This document shows positions 40,904-52,100 of a stretch of DNA of 64,000 nt, piece by piece. The notes under the pieces are model-generated. The model worked only from the letters and a program-made list of their open reading frames with translations, was not told where the DNA came from and searched no databases. Numbering within the stretch: the first letter of the stretch is position 1; each line of letters begins with the position of its first letter. A program made the translations under genes and the position numbers. This stretch comes from a virus (Duplodnaviria > Caudoviricetes), in the IMG/VR virus record IMGVR_UViG_2541047295_000015, positions 32,001 through 96,000 of that record, one strand, 5' to 3'.

Positions 40904-41746
40904 TTATTGTGATTTAGATTTTCTAAAACCTTTATTTACATTATATTTGCAACCTTTTCCATAATGAGAACATAGGGTTTTACAAAAAAACTGATTACTT
41001 TTGTCATTATTTTTGCACCAAACACTCTCATCGTTGAAATCTAGCTGTTTTATCTGTTTAACTGTATCAGTAACAAAGGCAATTAATTGTTGTTCTAATG
41101 CTTTAGTGTATTTAATTTTCACTATAGCTCTTTCATAATTTCTTATATTATCAATCTTATTTCTTTCAATTAATACTCCTTTTTCATTTTTAATGTACTT
41201 GCACATATCAAAAGCTACATATTCAATCATTTTATCTGGATATTTTTCTTTAAGATACATTGCGTATAAGATAAGCTGCATTGATTTTTTAGATAAGTCT
41301 TTTTTAGAAAATTTACTACTCGATTTGTAATCTATAACATAAACTTTATTACCTATTATATAATATAAGTCTATGTATCCCCTCATTGTAATTCCATTAA
41401 TATAATACTCAAAGTATTCTTCTATACAGTATTTATCACACTCAATTGGTACAAAATATTCTAGATAATGTAAGATACATTCTAAATAATTAATTCTTGA
41501 ATTTGGTGTAGGAAAGTTGTAATCCATTAGATTTGCATATTCTATAACTTCATTATATTTTTGAATAGCTTCTTGATTTGTCATTTTTCTTTGTTGTAAT
41601 TCTTCTAGTAATCTATGTAATTCATTACCATAATAACCATAGCAATTTTGTTCTCGATCTAAATTTTTAATATATGTAAGATAATATTGAAATGGACATG
41701 TATAGAATGTATTTAATTTACTAAAACTATATAATTCTCTAGACAT
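40904..41746 (-). CDS. PD-(D/E)XK RecB/Cas4-like exonuclease
   Basis: SFSKL..F..CP, RGYIDL, VIDYKS, QLILYA, C-terminal Cys cluster. Confidence 0.85.
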   Translation of the reverse strand: MSRELYSFSKLNTFYTCPFQYYLTYIKNLDREQNCYGYYGNELHRLLEELQQRKMTNQEAIQKYNEVIEYANLMDYNFPTPNSRINYLECILHYLEYFVPIECDKYCIEEYFEYYINGITMRGYIDLYYIIGNKVYVIDYKSSSKFSKKDLSKKSMQLILYAMYLKEKYPDKMIEYVAFDMCKYIKNEKGVLIERNKIDNIRNYERAIVKIKYTKALEQQLIAFVTDTVKQIKQLDFNDESVWCKNNDKSNQFFCKTLCSHYGKGCKYNVNKGFRKSKSQ

Positions 41747-42091
41747 CTATTTTACCTTTCTAGTTTCCTTTTCTATCTGACTTTTAATTTCTTTATATAA
41801 TTCATCAGATATGCTAGCATTTATATCTATACTTTCTTCTTTTATAGCTTCTTTGAACTTATTTATAAATTTATTAGTTATATCAAATCCTGCCAACATC
41901 ATAGAAAAGAAAATCCCCACAGAAATTATTATTTTCATTACATTTTCAAATATACAATATGAATTTAAGTAATATTCAATATTGACATTTTTTGCAAAAT
42001 ATACATTACAAATAAAATTAATAATTAAAAAAAGAGTTAATAAATACAATGCCCTATACTTATTATTAATCATACTATTCATTTTTATCAC
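41747..42091 (-). CDS. Hypothetical membrane protein
   Basis: Two hydrophobic segments; packed in operon. Confidence 0.55.
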   Translation of the reverse strand: MIKMNSMINNKYRALYLLTLFLIINFICNVYFAKNVNIEYYLNSYCIFENVMKIIISVGIFFSMMLAGFDITNKFINKFKEAIKEESIDINASISDELYKEIKSQIEKETRKVK

Positions 42092-42320
42092 TTATCCTTC
42101 CAATTGACTTTAACTCCCAAGAATATATCATTATTTCAGATGCTTTATATCTCTTACTTGTATCTAATTTAATGAATAGTTCTTCTACATCCTTAATTTT
42201 TCCTGTACAACATTTCATTTTTTCATCTTCATCCAACTTATACTCTATTTTTACTAAATCACCTGTATATAATATCTCACCATTTTTTAATAATATTTCT
42301 TGCCTAACTTCTTGTATCAT
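42075..42320 (-). CDS. Hypothetical protein
   Basis: RBS aggaga; packed in operon. Confidence 0.6.
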   Translation of the reverse strand: MIQEVRQEILLKNGEILYTGDLVKIEYKLDEDEKMKCCTGKIKDVEELFIKLDTSKRYKASEIMIYSWELKSIGRISDKNE

Positions 42321-42353
42321 ATAATCATCTCCTATTAATATAATTTGCTATTT

Positions 42354-43424
42354 TCATTTACTAATAAAGTTATCTATATCAATCCTACTCTTTAATAATT
42401 TTTCAAATATATATTTTCCCAAATCACTAGGACTATCTTTATAATCCAATAGATTATCTTCATCCCAAATTACACTTATTTTCATCACATCCCTAATATC
42501 TTGAACTAACTTATATATCTTAGCTCTCCATGCAATATATTCTTCATCTCCTTTAATTTTAAATTGCCTATCAAAAGCTATGATTAATTCTTCAATACCT
42601 AAATCTATTAACATCTTTTTTTGCTCTCTACTAAAATTACTTCCACATATAGCTACAGAAGGATTATTTTTATAAATAGTTGCCATCTGCAATACTGATT
42701 TTTCACCTTCAAATACTATTACTTTTTTAGCTTGTTTAATAGCTTGTTTATTTATATTTAGCCCATACAAGTTAAGACTTAACCTATGATTATAGCACTT
42801 ATTGTCATACCATAATGGAATATATTTACCAAAACTTTTAGCTTTATCTTCATCTAAATTTCTAACTCTAATACCAATTGGTCTACCTTTGTCATGCCAA
42901 CAGAAATGTGGAATTACTATTTGATTTTCATATGGATTATAATGTATTTGATATGTTTTAAGAACTTCAAAAGATATGTTTTCATTTTCCCACTCTTCGA
43001 TTGGGACTTGTTGAAAAGTTTTATATATATATGGCTTTTTAGGGGTAGGAAGTAATTCTATTTGTATATCTCTAATATTATCTATTTGTTTTACTTTTTT
43101 CCTTATTCTAAATCCTTTTCTTAGGATTGGTTGATTTGAAATACCAAAGAAATCTTTTATTTCATTAATAGCGTCTTTAAATTCATATTTATTTATATGT
43201 ATCAATAAATCTATTAAGCTACCTATATGACCACAAGAACTATAGCAATGAAATGTTTTGCTTTCTGTATAATAAAATAATTTATATGAATCACCATTAT
43301 GACATAAACAAGTATTAAATATTAACTGTCTATCATTGCTTTTAGGAGATAAGTCCGAACCTAAATATTCCATAAAACTTATCACCTCTTCATTAGTCAA
43401 ATCCTTTATTTCCATAGTCATCAC
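42354..43424 (-). CDS. dnaG: DNA primase (Zn finger + TOPRIM)
   Basis: CH...FHCYSSC Zn finger; VFEGEKS and IAFD TOPRIM motifs. Confidence 0.85.
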   Translation of the reverse strand: MMTMEIKDLTNEEVISFMEYLGSDLSPKSNDRQLIFNTCLCHNGDSYKLFYYTESKTFHCYSSCGHIGSLIDLLIHINKYEFKDAINEIKDFFGISNQPILRKGFRIRKKVKQIDNIRDIQIELLPTPKKPYIYKTFQQVPIEEWENENISFEVLKTYQIHYNPYENQIVIPHFCWHDKGRPIGIRVRNLDEDKAKSFGKYIPLWYDNKCYNHRLSLNLYGLNINKQAIKQAKKVIVFEGEKSVLQMATIYKNNPSVAICGSNFSREQKKMLIDLGIEELIIAFDRQFKIKGDEEYIAWRAKIYKLVQDIRDVMKISVIWDEDNLLDYKDSPSDLGKYIFEKLLKSRIDIDNFISK

Positions 43425-44999
43425 CTAGTATGACAATTGTCCTCTATAGACTTTTTCACACCTTCCTATTTCTTCAAATCTACCAGTCTTACCATAAAAT
43501 CTTAGTAGAATCACATCTCCATCTTGACCTCTTCTTGACTTATTTAAAAATAATAATCTGTATTCTTTTTGTAAATCTTTTATATCAAACTGAATATACT
43601 CTCTTTCAGTAGTCTTTTTTAGCTTATTATATTTTAGTCTATATGGTTTTAAAAAGAATTTTTTATTATTTGAATCTAATTCTAAATCATTAACTACTTT
43701 TCTCATAAGCATTAATAATCCACACACATTCTTTACCGCTTTAGCTTCTGCTAAATCTGAAGCTGATAAGTAAGAACTTTTATTCTCTTGAGCCGTTACT
43801 AATTGCATAGATAGAAGTGTTATTACATTGTATTTATTTCCAAAGTTATCTAGTAATTTAGAGTTTTCTATTAACCTTCCTGTATAATTTGCATCTGATG
43901 AATTTTCTGACTTGAATGTATCAACTGCTATTACAGTAAATCCCTCATGTGCTACAAGTTCTTTACTTTTTCTTAATATCTCAGATATCTCAAACTCTTC
44001 CATATATATAAATTTTAAACTTGCTTCAAATCCTCTGTCTTTTAAGAACATTTCTATCTTTTCCATAAGCTCTTCTTCAAACTCTGTGAAGTCTCCATTG
44101 TCAATTTTATTTCTATCTAAATCATGATAATTAAATATGTTGTATGCTATAAATGACACTAACATACTTTTAAAATATTGAGATTTTTGTTCATTCGCAA
44201 ATATAACTACTTTTTCACCCTGATATATCATAGCTAATATATAATTAAAGAACAATAATGTAGTTTTTCCTATTCCTGAAAATCCAGATATTATATTTAT
44301 ACCCCCACCTTTACCAAGTCCATTAGTTCTATTTGATAATATTGGTAAACTATATATATACTTAAGTTCTTCATTATCACTTAACCCTATTTCTTTTTCA
44401 TTATATTCAAAGATGATATTATAAGACGTTCCTGCTTCAGTTTTTTGTTTTAATTTTTCTCTATCATCTTTGGTAAGTAAAAGATTTTCTACCTTCATAT
44501 TATTTTTTATGGAATTTACACTACATGAAGATATTAGACCCTCATAAAATTCTTCAACTTCTCTACAACTCATAGATTGGAATAATTCAAATGGAATAAA
44601 TTTTAATTCATTATGATCCATCTCTTTTGTTATATTAAAACCTCTTTTATCTAAAGCGATTAATAGATTGCTTTTAGCCAAATCATCAATATATGCTGAT
44701 ATATTAGTTTCTTTTCCATACTCCATAGCAGATGATAAGCTATTCCAACCACCATACTTTTCATATTCAGATTTGAGTTTATTTGAAGATACAAATTTAG
44801 CCACACTCGCTTCATCGAGTTCACTATGAGTTTTAGACATTGTTCTTCCTAATGAGAAAAAGAATTTTACTTTATCTATTATGAAGTCATTTTCACTAAT
44901 TTTATATTCACTAAAAAGAGTTAATGATTTTAGCATTGTTCCTAAAACTAAAGTTTCTATAATACCTCTATCCTTTGTTATTTTTTCATATGCACTCAT
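43425..44999 (-). CDS. dnaB: Replicative DnaB-like helicase
   Basis: GFSGIGKTT Walker A, ANEQ, VDTFK, MQL, KSRRG. Confidence 0.85.
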   Translation of the reverse strand: MSAYEKITKDRGIIETLVLGTMLKSLTLFSEYKISENDFIIDKVKFFFSLGRTMSKTHSELDEASVAKFVSSNKLKSEYEKYGGWNSLSSAMEYGKETNISAYIDDLAKSNLLIALDKRGFNITKEMDHNELKFIPFELFQSMSCREVEEFYEGLISSCSVNSIKNNMKVENLLLTKDDREKLKQKTEAGTSYNIIFEYNEKEIGLSDNEELKYIYSLPILSNRTNGLGKGGGINIISGFSGIGKTTLLFFNYILAMIYQGEKVVIFANEQKSQYFKSMLVSFIAYNIFNYHDLDRNKIDNGDFTEFEEELMEKIEMFLKDRGFEASLKFIYMEEFEISEILRKSKELVAHEGFTVIAVDTFKSENSSDANYTGRLIENSKLLDNFGNKYNVITLLSMQLVTAQENKSSYLSASDLAEAKAVKNVCGLLMLMRKVVNDLELDSNNKKFFLKPYRLKYNKLKKTTEREYIQFDIKDLQKEYRLLFLNKSRRGQDGDVILLRFYGKTGRFEEIGRCEKVYRGQLSY

Positions 45000-45532
45000 T
45001 AAGTCACCTCTTTAATTTTTTCAAATAAACTTTTTCTTTTATTAGTAAGTACCTTTTTCGGAGCAATTACTTCATAATATTTTTCACTTTCTTTGTATAT
45101 CTTTTCATTTTCTCTTTCATCTTTTATTTGCTTATTTCTAATTGTTATATCTCTAATACAACCTTTTAATATAGTAAATACATAGCATAATTTAGGATAT
45201 TCTTCTTCTATATCTTTTCTGTAGTTAAGCAATTCTATGATTTCATCTTTTTTTTCAAGCATACAGTCATATAATTCTTCTCTTGTATAACCACTTTTTA
45301 TTATCTCTTGTAACATCTTATTTTTTTGATTACTTATAACTGTATAGCCCATAATATAATCTATACCAAGCTGACATTGTTTCCAGAAATATATGTCCTG
45401 CTGCTCTTTTCTATATTCCTGTTCATTACAGTAATATCTATTCTGCTTATTTCCACCAGATGTAATATGTTCTACTTTATAAGCATCTTTTGTATCTAAT
45501 TTTTTCTTACAAACCTTACACTTACAATTCAA
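44999..45532 (-). CDS. Zn-binding hypothetical protein (possible helicase loader)
   Basis: CKVC...YYC; coupled to helicase; function inferred from position only. Confidence 0.55.
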   Translation of the reverse strand: MNCKCKVCKKKLDTKDAYKVEHITSGGNKQNRYYCNEQEYRKEQQDIYFWKQCQLGIDYIMGYTVISNQKNKMLQEIIKSGYTREELYDCMLEKKDEIIELLNYRKDIEEEYPKLCYVFTILKGCIRDITIRNKQIKDERENEKIYKESEKYYEVIAPKKVLTNKRKSLFEKIKEVT

Positions 45533-45594
45533 ACTTTCCCCTCCTTATGCTATGTATTTATTGCTACCCCATTAAGAGGTAGCATTTTTTTTAC

Positions 45595-46152
45595 TTACAC
45601 TCTACTTTTCTTAACTGTTGTATTTTCTTCTTCAGATTTGCCTTTTGATTTGTTTGTTAGAGAATTACCATCATCGTCTTCCTCGAATGATAATGCTAAT
45701 ACTGATTGAACTGCATATCTTCTTAAGTAAGTTTCTAATGCCCCTCTAGCTTGTATATCATTAGTCTTAGCTGGTTTAAATGGTGCAGAATTTGACTCTA
45801 TGTATTCTCCTGATGAATGTTTAAGTTTAGTTTTTATATAGACTTTATCATTACCTGCATCTTCTGCTGACTGCATTAGTATTAAATCATGTTTTGCTAA
45901 TAAGGGATTTACTACTTTAAGAATTGTATCTAGATTTGCATATTTAGACCTAAAAAATGGATTTGTATTGTCTTTTTGAATTGACTCTATCTCTAAATGG
46001 AAAGCTATTAATGCTTTTGTTATTTCAATTTGGCTATCACTTTCTTTTAATCCTTCTATTCTATCTGAATATAAATTTGATATATTCTTTTTTATTTCCT
46101 CATTCACTACTTTTTTAATATCATCCATAATTGTAGTTTCTTTATTTTCCAT
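45595..46152 (-). CDS. ERF family single-strand annealing protein
   Basis: NPFFRSKYANLD, HSSGEYIES, TYLRRYA, EEDDDG. Confidence 0.9.
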   Translation of the reverse strand: MENKETTIMDDIKKVVNEEIKKNISNLYSDRIEGLKESDSQIEITKALIAFHLEIESIQKDNTNPFFRSKYANLDTILKVVNPLLAKHDLILMQSAEDAGNDKVYIKTKLKHSSGEYIESNSAPFKPAKTNDIQARGALETYLRRYAVQSVLALSFEEDDDGNSLTNKSKGKSEEENTTVKKSRV

Positions 46153-46189
46153 TCAATCTCTCCTTTTAATAGTTTATTTAATTTATAAT

Positions 46190-47083
46190 TTAGAATGGTA
46201 CATCATCATCACTTATTTCAACTGTCTTACCATTTTTATCAATATCTCTTTGTTTTTCTTTTTCATCTTTTTCTTTTATTTTTTCTTTCATTGCTTCTAT
46301 GTTTTTATCTGTAAATGGATAATTTTTATCGCTTAATATTTCATCTCCTTCTTTCAAAGGTTCGTCTCCACCTTCTATTTCTAAAAATGTAAAAGCACTT
46401 TTTTTGATTCTTGAACCGAAGCCAGCCGATTTACTTGTAATTATAGATTTTACTGTACCTTCAAGAAGACCAACATCTCCCACCTTATATAAACTTTTAA
46501 ATCCTTCTATCATATCTTTGTTATGTATTCTAAACGTTAGATTGCAACCTTGCTTACCATACTTATTAATTAGACCCTTAATCTCTAAGTACTCACCTAA
46601 GTCATCTTTTTTTTCTTCTATATTTTCAATTAATGTATATGCTCTCCAAACTTGACTTGCTTTTATTGGTTTTACTATTTCCCCCTTGTCATCAATTGGA
46701 TTACCTTTGTCATCATATTTTTCTCTGTTGCAAAAAGTCCCTGATATCTGGAATCTCTCTTTCTTTTCACCATCTTTATAGTATAAGTTATTATCTAATG
46801 AACAAACACATCTAACTATATCTCCTTTTCCATTTTCTGCTCTAGTTTTTATTTCATTAGCGATTGTCTCTATCCCTAAAAACATTTGATTTGGTGAGCC
46901 ATCTGACTTAAACATTGATGTAAAGTAGTCTACATTCACTGATTCATTTGGTGCCGTTTCAACTTTTAAAGTAAATCTTATTGCTTCTTGGCCAGTTCCT
47001 TCATTCATTCTAGCTATATTTAATATATCTAAAACTTCTCCTGATACAAATACTTGATTATAGTTTATTCTTTTTTCTGCCAT
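46190..47083 (-). CDS. ssDNA-binding protein (tandem OB-like)
   Basis: NQVFVSGEV start, acidic tail ISDDDVPF. Confidence 0.7.
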   Translation of the reverse strand: MAEKRINYNQVFVSGEVLDILNIARMNEGTGQEAIRFTLKVETAPNESVNVDYFTSMFKSDGSPNQMFLGIETIANEIKTRAENGKGDIVRCVCSLDNNLYYKDGEKKERFQISGTFCNREKYDDKGNPIDDKGEIVKPIKASQVWRAYTLIENIEEKKDDLGEYLEIKGLINKYGKQGCNLTFRIHNKDMIEGFKSLYKVGDVGLLEGTVKSIITSKSAGFGSRIKKSAFTFLEIEGGDEPLKEGDEILSDKNYPFTDKNIEAMKEKIKEKDEKEKQRDIDKNGKTVEISDDDVPF

Positions 47084-47129
47084 TTATCCTTCTCCTTTAT
47101 ATTTAAAATTTAATTGCTAACAAAACTTA

Positions 47130-47798
47130 TTACATCATTAAGTCTTTATATTTTGGTAATGTTTTAAAAAAATCACATAAGAATCTCCATTCTTCCATTT
47201 TATGATTTTCTCTTTGACTTATCATAGATTTTATTTGTAGATAATTTAATGTAACTCTTGCAGTTAACATTAAACCAGATGGACAATTTGATATTATTAT
47301 TTTCCAAAGATTTTCTTTTGTGGCTTCGACTTTTTCTCCATTTCTGAGAATAATATTATTAGAGTTATTCAATTTCAATTCTTCAAAGTTATTATACTCA
47401 TGAATTAACTCACTTAGAAAACTTATTGTATTTTTATCAACATATTTATTACACATATCATTAAGATTAAATTTAGATAATCTATGCATTTTACTTTGAC
47501 TTGAAACATAATCGTTATGATGATATCTGTCCCATTGTCTCCACATATATTCTGACCATTGTAAATCCATTTGGACTATTATCCCTTTAGAAAAGCAATC
47601 ATGACCTGAACCTTGTTTTGATTTGCCTAATTGATTTGCTCGTTTTAAATCTTTTTCTGAAATGTTTACTTTTTTCATATCTATTACCTGTTGTTCATAC
47701 ATCGGATAACCACTTGCAATTATACTTTCTTTAATTCCATAAACATACACGTTTGAAACATCAATAATTCCTGGCATTTTTATTCCACTTACATTCAA
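47130..47798 (-). CDS. ThyX-like (flavin-dependent thymidylate synthase fold) protein
   Basis: GHD, QWDRYH, SSQSKMH, NYLQ, QR.NHK..EW. Confidence 0.6.
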   Translation of the reverse strand: MNVSGIKMPGIIDVSNVYVYGIKESIIASGYPMYEQQVIDMKKVNISEKDLKRANQLGKSKQGSGHDCFSKGIIVQMDLQWSEYMWRQWDRYHHNDYVSSQSKMHRLSKFNLNDMCNKYVDKNTISFLSELIHEYNNFEELKLNNSNNIILRNGEKVEATKENLWKIIISNCPSGLMLTARVTLNYLQIKSMISQRENHKMEEWRFLCDFFKTLPKYKDLMM

Positions 47799-47809
47799 TT
47801 TATCAACTC

Positions 47810-48370
47810 CTAACTTTCTACTATAATATAGCCTTCTTTGTAATGTCTTCCCATATTGTTCACCCTTTTATAATACTTATAATTATTCTCTCCATCTAAT
47901 CTTGGTACAAATACATCTATAGCATTAGAGTTGCTAAAATATTTGTTAGAGCCTCTATCTTTAACAAGTTTTAAATTTCCATCAACTAATATTTTAGTTC
48001 CAAATTTAAGATGATTATTGGCCACAAAACCATATTGTAAATTTTCTCCTGTAGCCGTCACAGATCCATACTTACTATTTTCACAATTTAAAGAAGTATA
48101 ATAACTTACTTCTCATGTCACAGGAATTAGTTTTTCTATTTTTATTCCTAGTTCTTTTTCTAAATTAATTCTTTTAATTTCTAATTTATATTCAGAACTA
48201 TTCTTATATTTCTCCCATTCATTTTTATACATTAAATTAATATTCCTTGCTGTAACTGCCATAAGTTCCTTATTCATGTTATTATTAACAACATCTTCTG
48301 CATTGGCAAATACATGTATTGTACTACCAGCTATTAAAGCTCCTGTTATTAGCATGTTCTTACACCTCAT
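47810..48370 (-). pseudogene. Secreted 3D-domain (cell-wall lytic) protein with in-frame TGA at 48113-48115
   Basis: ...IPVT*EVSYYTSLNCENSKYGSVTATG...FGTKI...DRG...IDVFV: both ORFs in the same frame. Confidence 0.75.
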
Positions 48371-48489
48371 AGATACCCCCTAATCATATTAAAATTATCA
48401 TTTTAATCACTTTTTTATCCAACAATAATACCTTTTCTTTATTTTTACCTTCTCTATTTTATCTGTAGCTATATTGTATAATATACCTT

Positions 48490-48807
48490 CTAAGTTCTCA
48501 ATAATTTTTTTACATTTTTAGAATTTATATATTTTTCTTTTAACCCTTTATTATTTCTTATATTCATAATATCATTTATATACTGTATATCATTAGATAT
48601 TCTCATCAAACTCGTAAGAAAATAAACAGAATAGCTTCTAGGAATTCTTCTCCTAATAACTAAATCTATAGCTGTTTTAGCAGCATTATAACTTTTTAAA
48701 TGAGTATGACCTTCTTCAAATTTTTTATTTGTATTGTAGACAATATATCCAGTTTTAGATTTGATAATAATATATTCTTTTTTCTCATATATTTTATTTG
48801 TATCCAT
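48490..48807 (-). CDS. Hypothetical protein
   Basis: YIVYNTNKKFEEGHTHL motif; coupled to upstream gene. Confidence 0.65.
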   Translation of the reverse strand: MDTNKIYEKKEYIIIKSKTGYIVYNTNKKFEEGHTHLKSYNAAKTAIDLVIRRRIPRSYSVYFLTSLMRISNDIQYINDIMNIRNNKGLKEKYINSKNVKKLLRT

Positions 48808-49058
48808 TATAAATCCTCGATTTTACGCCATATCATTTCTAACTTTCCATGTTTTCTATTTAATCTTCTTCTAATTTCATATGCAGATTTAATTTCTTCT
48901 TTTACATTTTGCCACTTCTCTAAAACTTCTTCATACTCTTTATTCTCTTTTTGCAAAAAGAGTATTTCTTCATTTAATTCATCAATTTTCATACTTAATT
49001 CTCTATTTTTTTCTAATAAATCATAGTGTCTTTGTTCATCTATAATTATTGAAATCAC
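48807..49058 (-). CDS. Hypothetical coiled-coil protein (start approximate)
   Basis: RBS-like GGAAGG near 49062; coiled-coil composition. Confidence 0.5.
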   Translation of the reverse strand: MISIIIDEQRHYDLLEKNRELSMKIDELNEEILFLQKENKEYEEVLEKWQNVKEEIKSAYEIRRRLNRKHGKLEMIWRKIEDL

Positions 49059-49160
49059 TACCTTCCACCTGCCTCTTATATGCCATTTTGAGATTGTAAT
49101 GTACAAATATAAACAGTATTTTATACAAAGCCTTAGGAAGCCATATACGAGGTCATATTT

Positions 49161-52100
49161 TTAATTTTCTATTTTCCAATATTTTTGAATCCACCATTCT
49201 GTCTCTGTATGACTTTTAATCCATTTTCCATTTACTTTTTTACTTTTAGCTTTTTCTTTAGTTGATTTTAAATATATTAAATCATAAATGCCAATTTTAT
49301 TATCCTCGAAAATAGCTTTATTTACTTTGAAAATTTTTGTATTACCTGAATTTATATTATACAATGTGACTTTAGGAGAGTATTTAGTATCTATATCTAT
49401 TACTAAACAATATCTTGGATTTGAATTACTATCTTTTATGTCACACGAACCCACAAATTCAAAATAAGCTTGTATTTTTTCATTGATTGGTATATCAGTA
49501 TTTTCAATTTGACTTTCGAGATATGAACATAATTTTTTTGTATCAACTTCTTTAAATATTTTTTCTGTTTCTTTATTAGAATATTTCCTCATAATTTCCA
49601 TCTTGCATGGTAAACTATCTTTTTTAAATTGTTTTTTACTATATATTGAGTTATAGATATCATAAGTTTCTAAAAGTTTGTTGGACTTTCCAAATTCCTC
49701 AAAGAAATCTAATTTAATTAGTATAGATAATTGTTTAGAGTTTATATGTCCTTGTAAGTCATTCAATAGCTCTAAAAATGAATCATATTTATTATCTTTA
49801 AGAGAATATAGATATTCTCCTATATCAGAATTTAAAAATTTAATGGATTCAATTCCCTTGTAAATACTATTTTTATCTCTATTAAAGAAGTATTCAGATT
49901 TTGAGAATCTAAATTTAGGATTTTCTAACTTAATACCAAAATACTTTATTTCATCTGTTAATTTTCTTGTTCTTTCTGTATCTTCATTATATAAGTTGAA
50001 TGCTACAGTATAATATTCTAATGGATAATGTGACTTAAGGTATGCACAATATAAGCTGTCATATGCGTATGAAAGACTATGTGAAGCATTAAAGGAATAC
50101 GAGGCGGCATCATTTACAACTTGCCATGTGTCCTCGAAATTATTTTCAGTTCCGACTTTTTTAATCCAGTTATTTTTTAGTTTAGTATGCAATTCTTTTA
50201 ACTCTTTTTCTTTAAATTTCTTTTTTGCTACTTTCTTTATAATATCATAGCTCTCGGATTCCTCTATCCCTAACCATATTAGATACTTCATTATAGACTC
50301 TTGATACATAAGGTAATGGTAACTATCCTCTAATAATATATCTAGTTCTTTAACATTAGTTGTATATGGCTTTCTTTTAATGAAATTGTCTAATAAAGAT
50401 GTGAAACCTGGTCTAATGCTCGCTACAAACGCACTTGTTTCAGCCACACTTGATATTTTGTATTTAGATGCTAGGTTTGTCGCATAGTCTGAGTCTACTT
50501 GATTTATAGTACAAGTTAATTTATTCTTGTATATCTCATAGGTTTTACTATTTAATAAACTATTCAGTTCTTCAATTGTAGGAATATTAATATTTGCTAA
50601 TTCACAAGTTTTTCTGATTAGTGACCATACTTTCACTGTTAAATAATCATTTTTTAAATACTTATACTTATCACAATAATATCCATCTATATTACAACAT
50701 ATCCCATCCTTAGTTTTTAATAGTCCTACTTCTTCATCTATTGGTTTATCATATATAAGCATAGAACAGGGTGAGAAGGAAATGCTTTCTACAACTCCTA
50801 CAAATACCTTTGATTCCTTTATTATATCTCTCCAAGAATCATCATTTATATATTTATCTAGGTTTTTAGCCACTTCATCATACTCTGATAATTTCATATC
50901 ATTTGCTTTACACCATAATCTAAATGCTGATGCATCTTGTAACGGCTTATAACTTATCATCCAAGCACAATTTTCTTCTCCCAGCAAGTCTCTAGTTGCT
51001 TGTATAAATGGTTCTGCATCTTCAGCATTTAAATCTATATCTGGTAAAGATTTTGCTGATAGTATTCTTTCAACACTCATAAATCTAGTAGGGAATAATG
51101 GTACTGGAGCATTTAATCTATCTATTTCAGTAAGCCCTAAAAGGTTAGTTATTATAAATGAAGGTGCTGAACCTCTCCCCGTTTTAGTAAGAAGACCATT
51201 ATATTCTTGTTTGGCTCTTTGAACTATTTTATAATCTATAATAAAGTAATCCTCCATATGGGTTTCCTCTATAATATCAAATTCATATCTTATAGCATCT
51301 AAGTATTCATTCCATCTATTTTTAGATATATTTTTTCTTTTCTCTAACCATTCTTTATTTAATATCTCTTTCAGTTCTTTATTTGGATTTTTAGATATTG
51401 ATGGCAACTTTATATCTTCATTTATTAATGTGATTTCTTCGCATCCATCAAATATTAGAGTATTTTTTAATGCTATTTCAACTTCTTGCCTTGTTAATAC
51501 ATTTTGTTTTTCATATCTTTTAAATATATCATCTGAATTTGGATAATCTAAAATAAATCCATCTTCTTCAGGATAATTTATACCTTTAGCTTTAAGAAAT
51601 TTAGTTCTATATTTTGATTCTTCTGGATAAATATAATGGCTATCACTGGCATGTATTATATCTATATTATATTTGTTACTTAACTCTAAAACATCTTTGT
51701 TATGTAAAGCTTGAGTTTTATGAGGGTGGGATTGCACTTCAAGAAAGAAATTACCTTTGAAATGACTCTTTAGTTTTATTATTAGTTCTTCTCTATTTTC
51801 AAGTTTTAATACTCCAGCTACACATGCAGTAGTAATAACCACATCCTCTGGTTTAAATATCTCAAATAGTATCTTTTCATCTATTCTAGGTTTATAGTAA
51901 TACCCATTTGTATTAGCTAAACTTAAAGCTTTATTTATTTGCTTATAGCCACTATTATTTTTAGCAATTATTATTAGATGATAATTTCCTCTATCTTTCT
52001 CATTTATATTATTTACATAGTAAAATTCTGCTCCAACAATCATTTTTAAATTGCTTTTATCACATAAAGTTTTTGCTTCATGTACATTTCCTTGATATCC

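Noticed and set aside
40904-41746. Cas4 as part of a CRISPR system
   Set aside because: No cas1 or array nearby; it lies in the replication/recombination operon as a typical phage exonuclease.
48113-48115. Selenocysteine recoding of the TGA
   Set aside because: No convincing SECIS-like hairpin immediately downstream, and 3D-domain proteins are not known selenoproteins.
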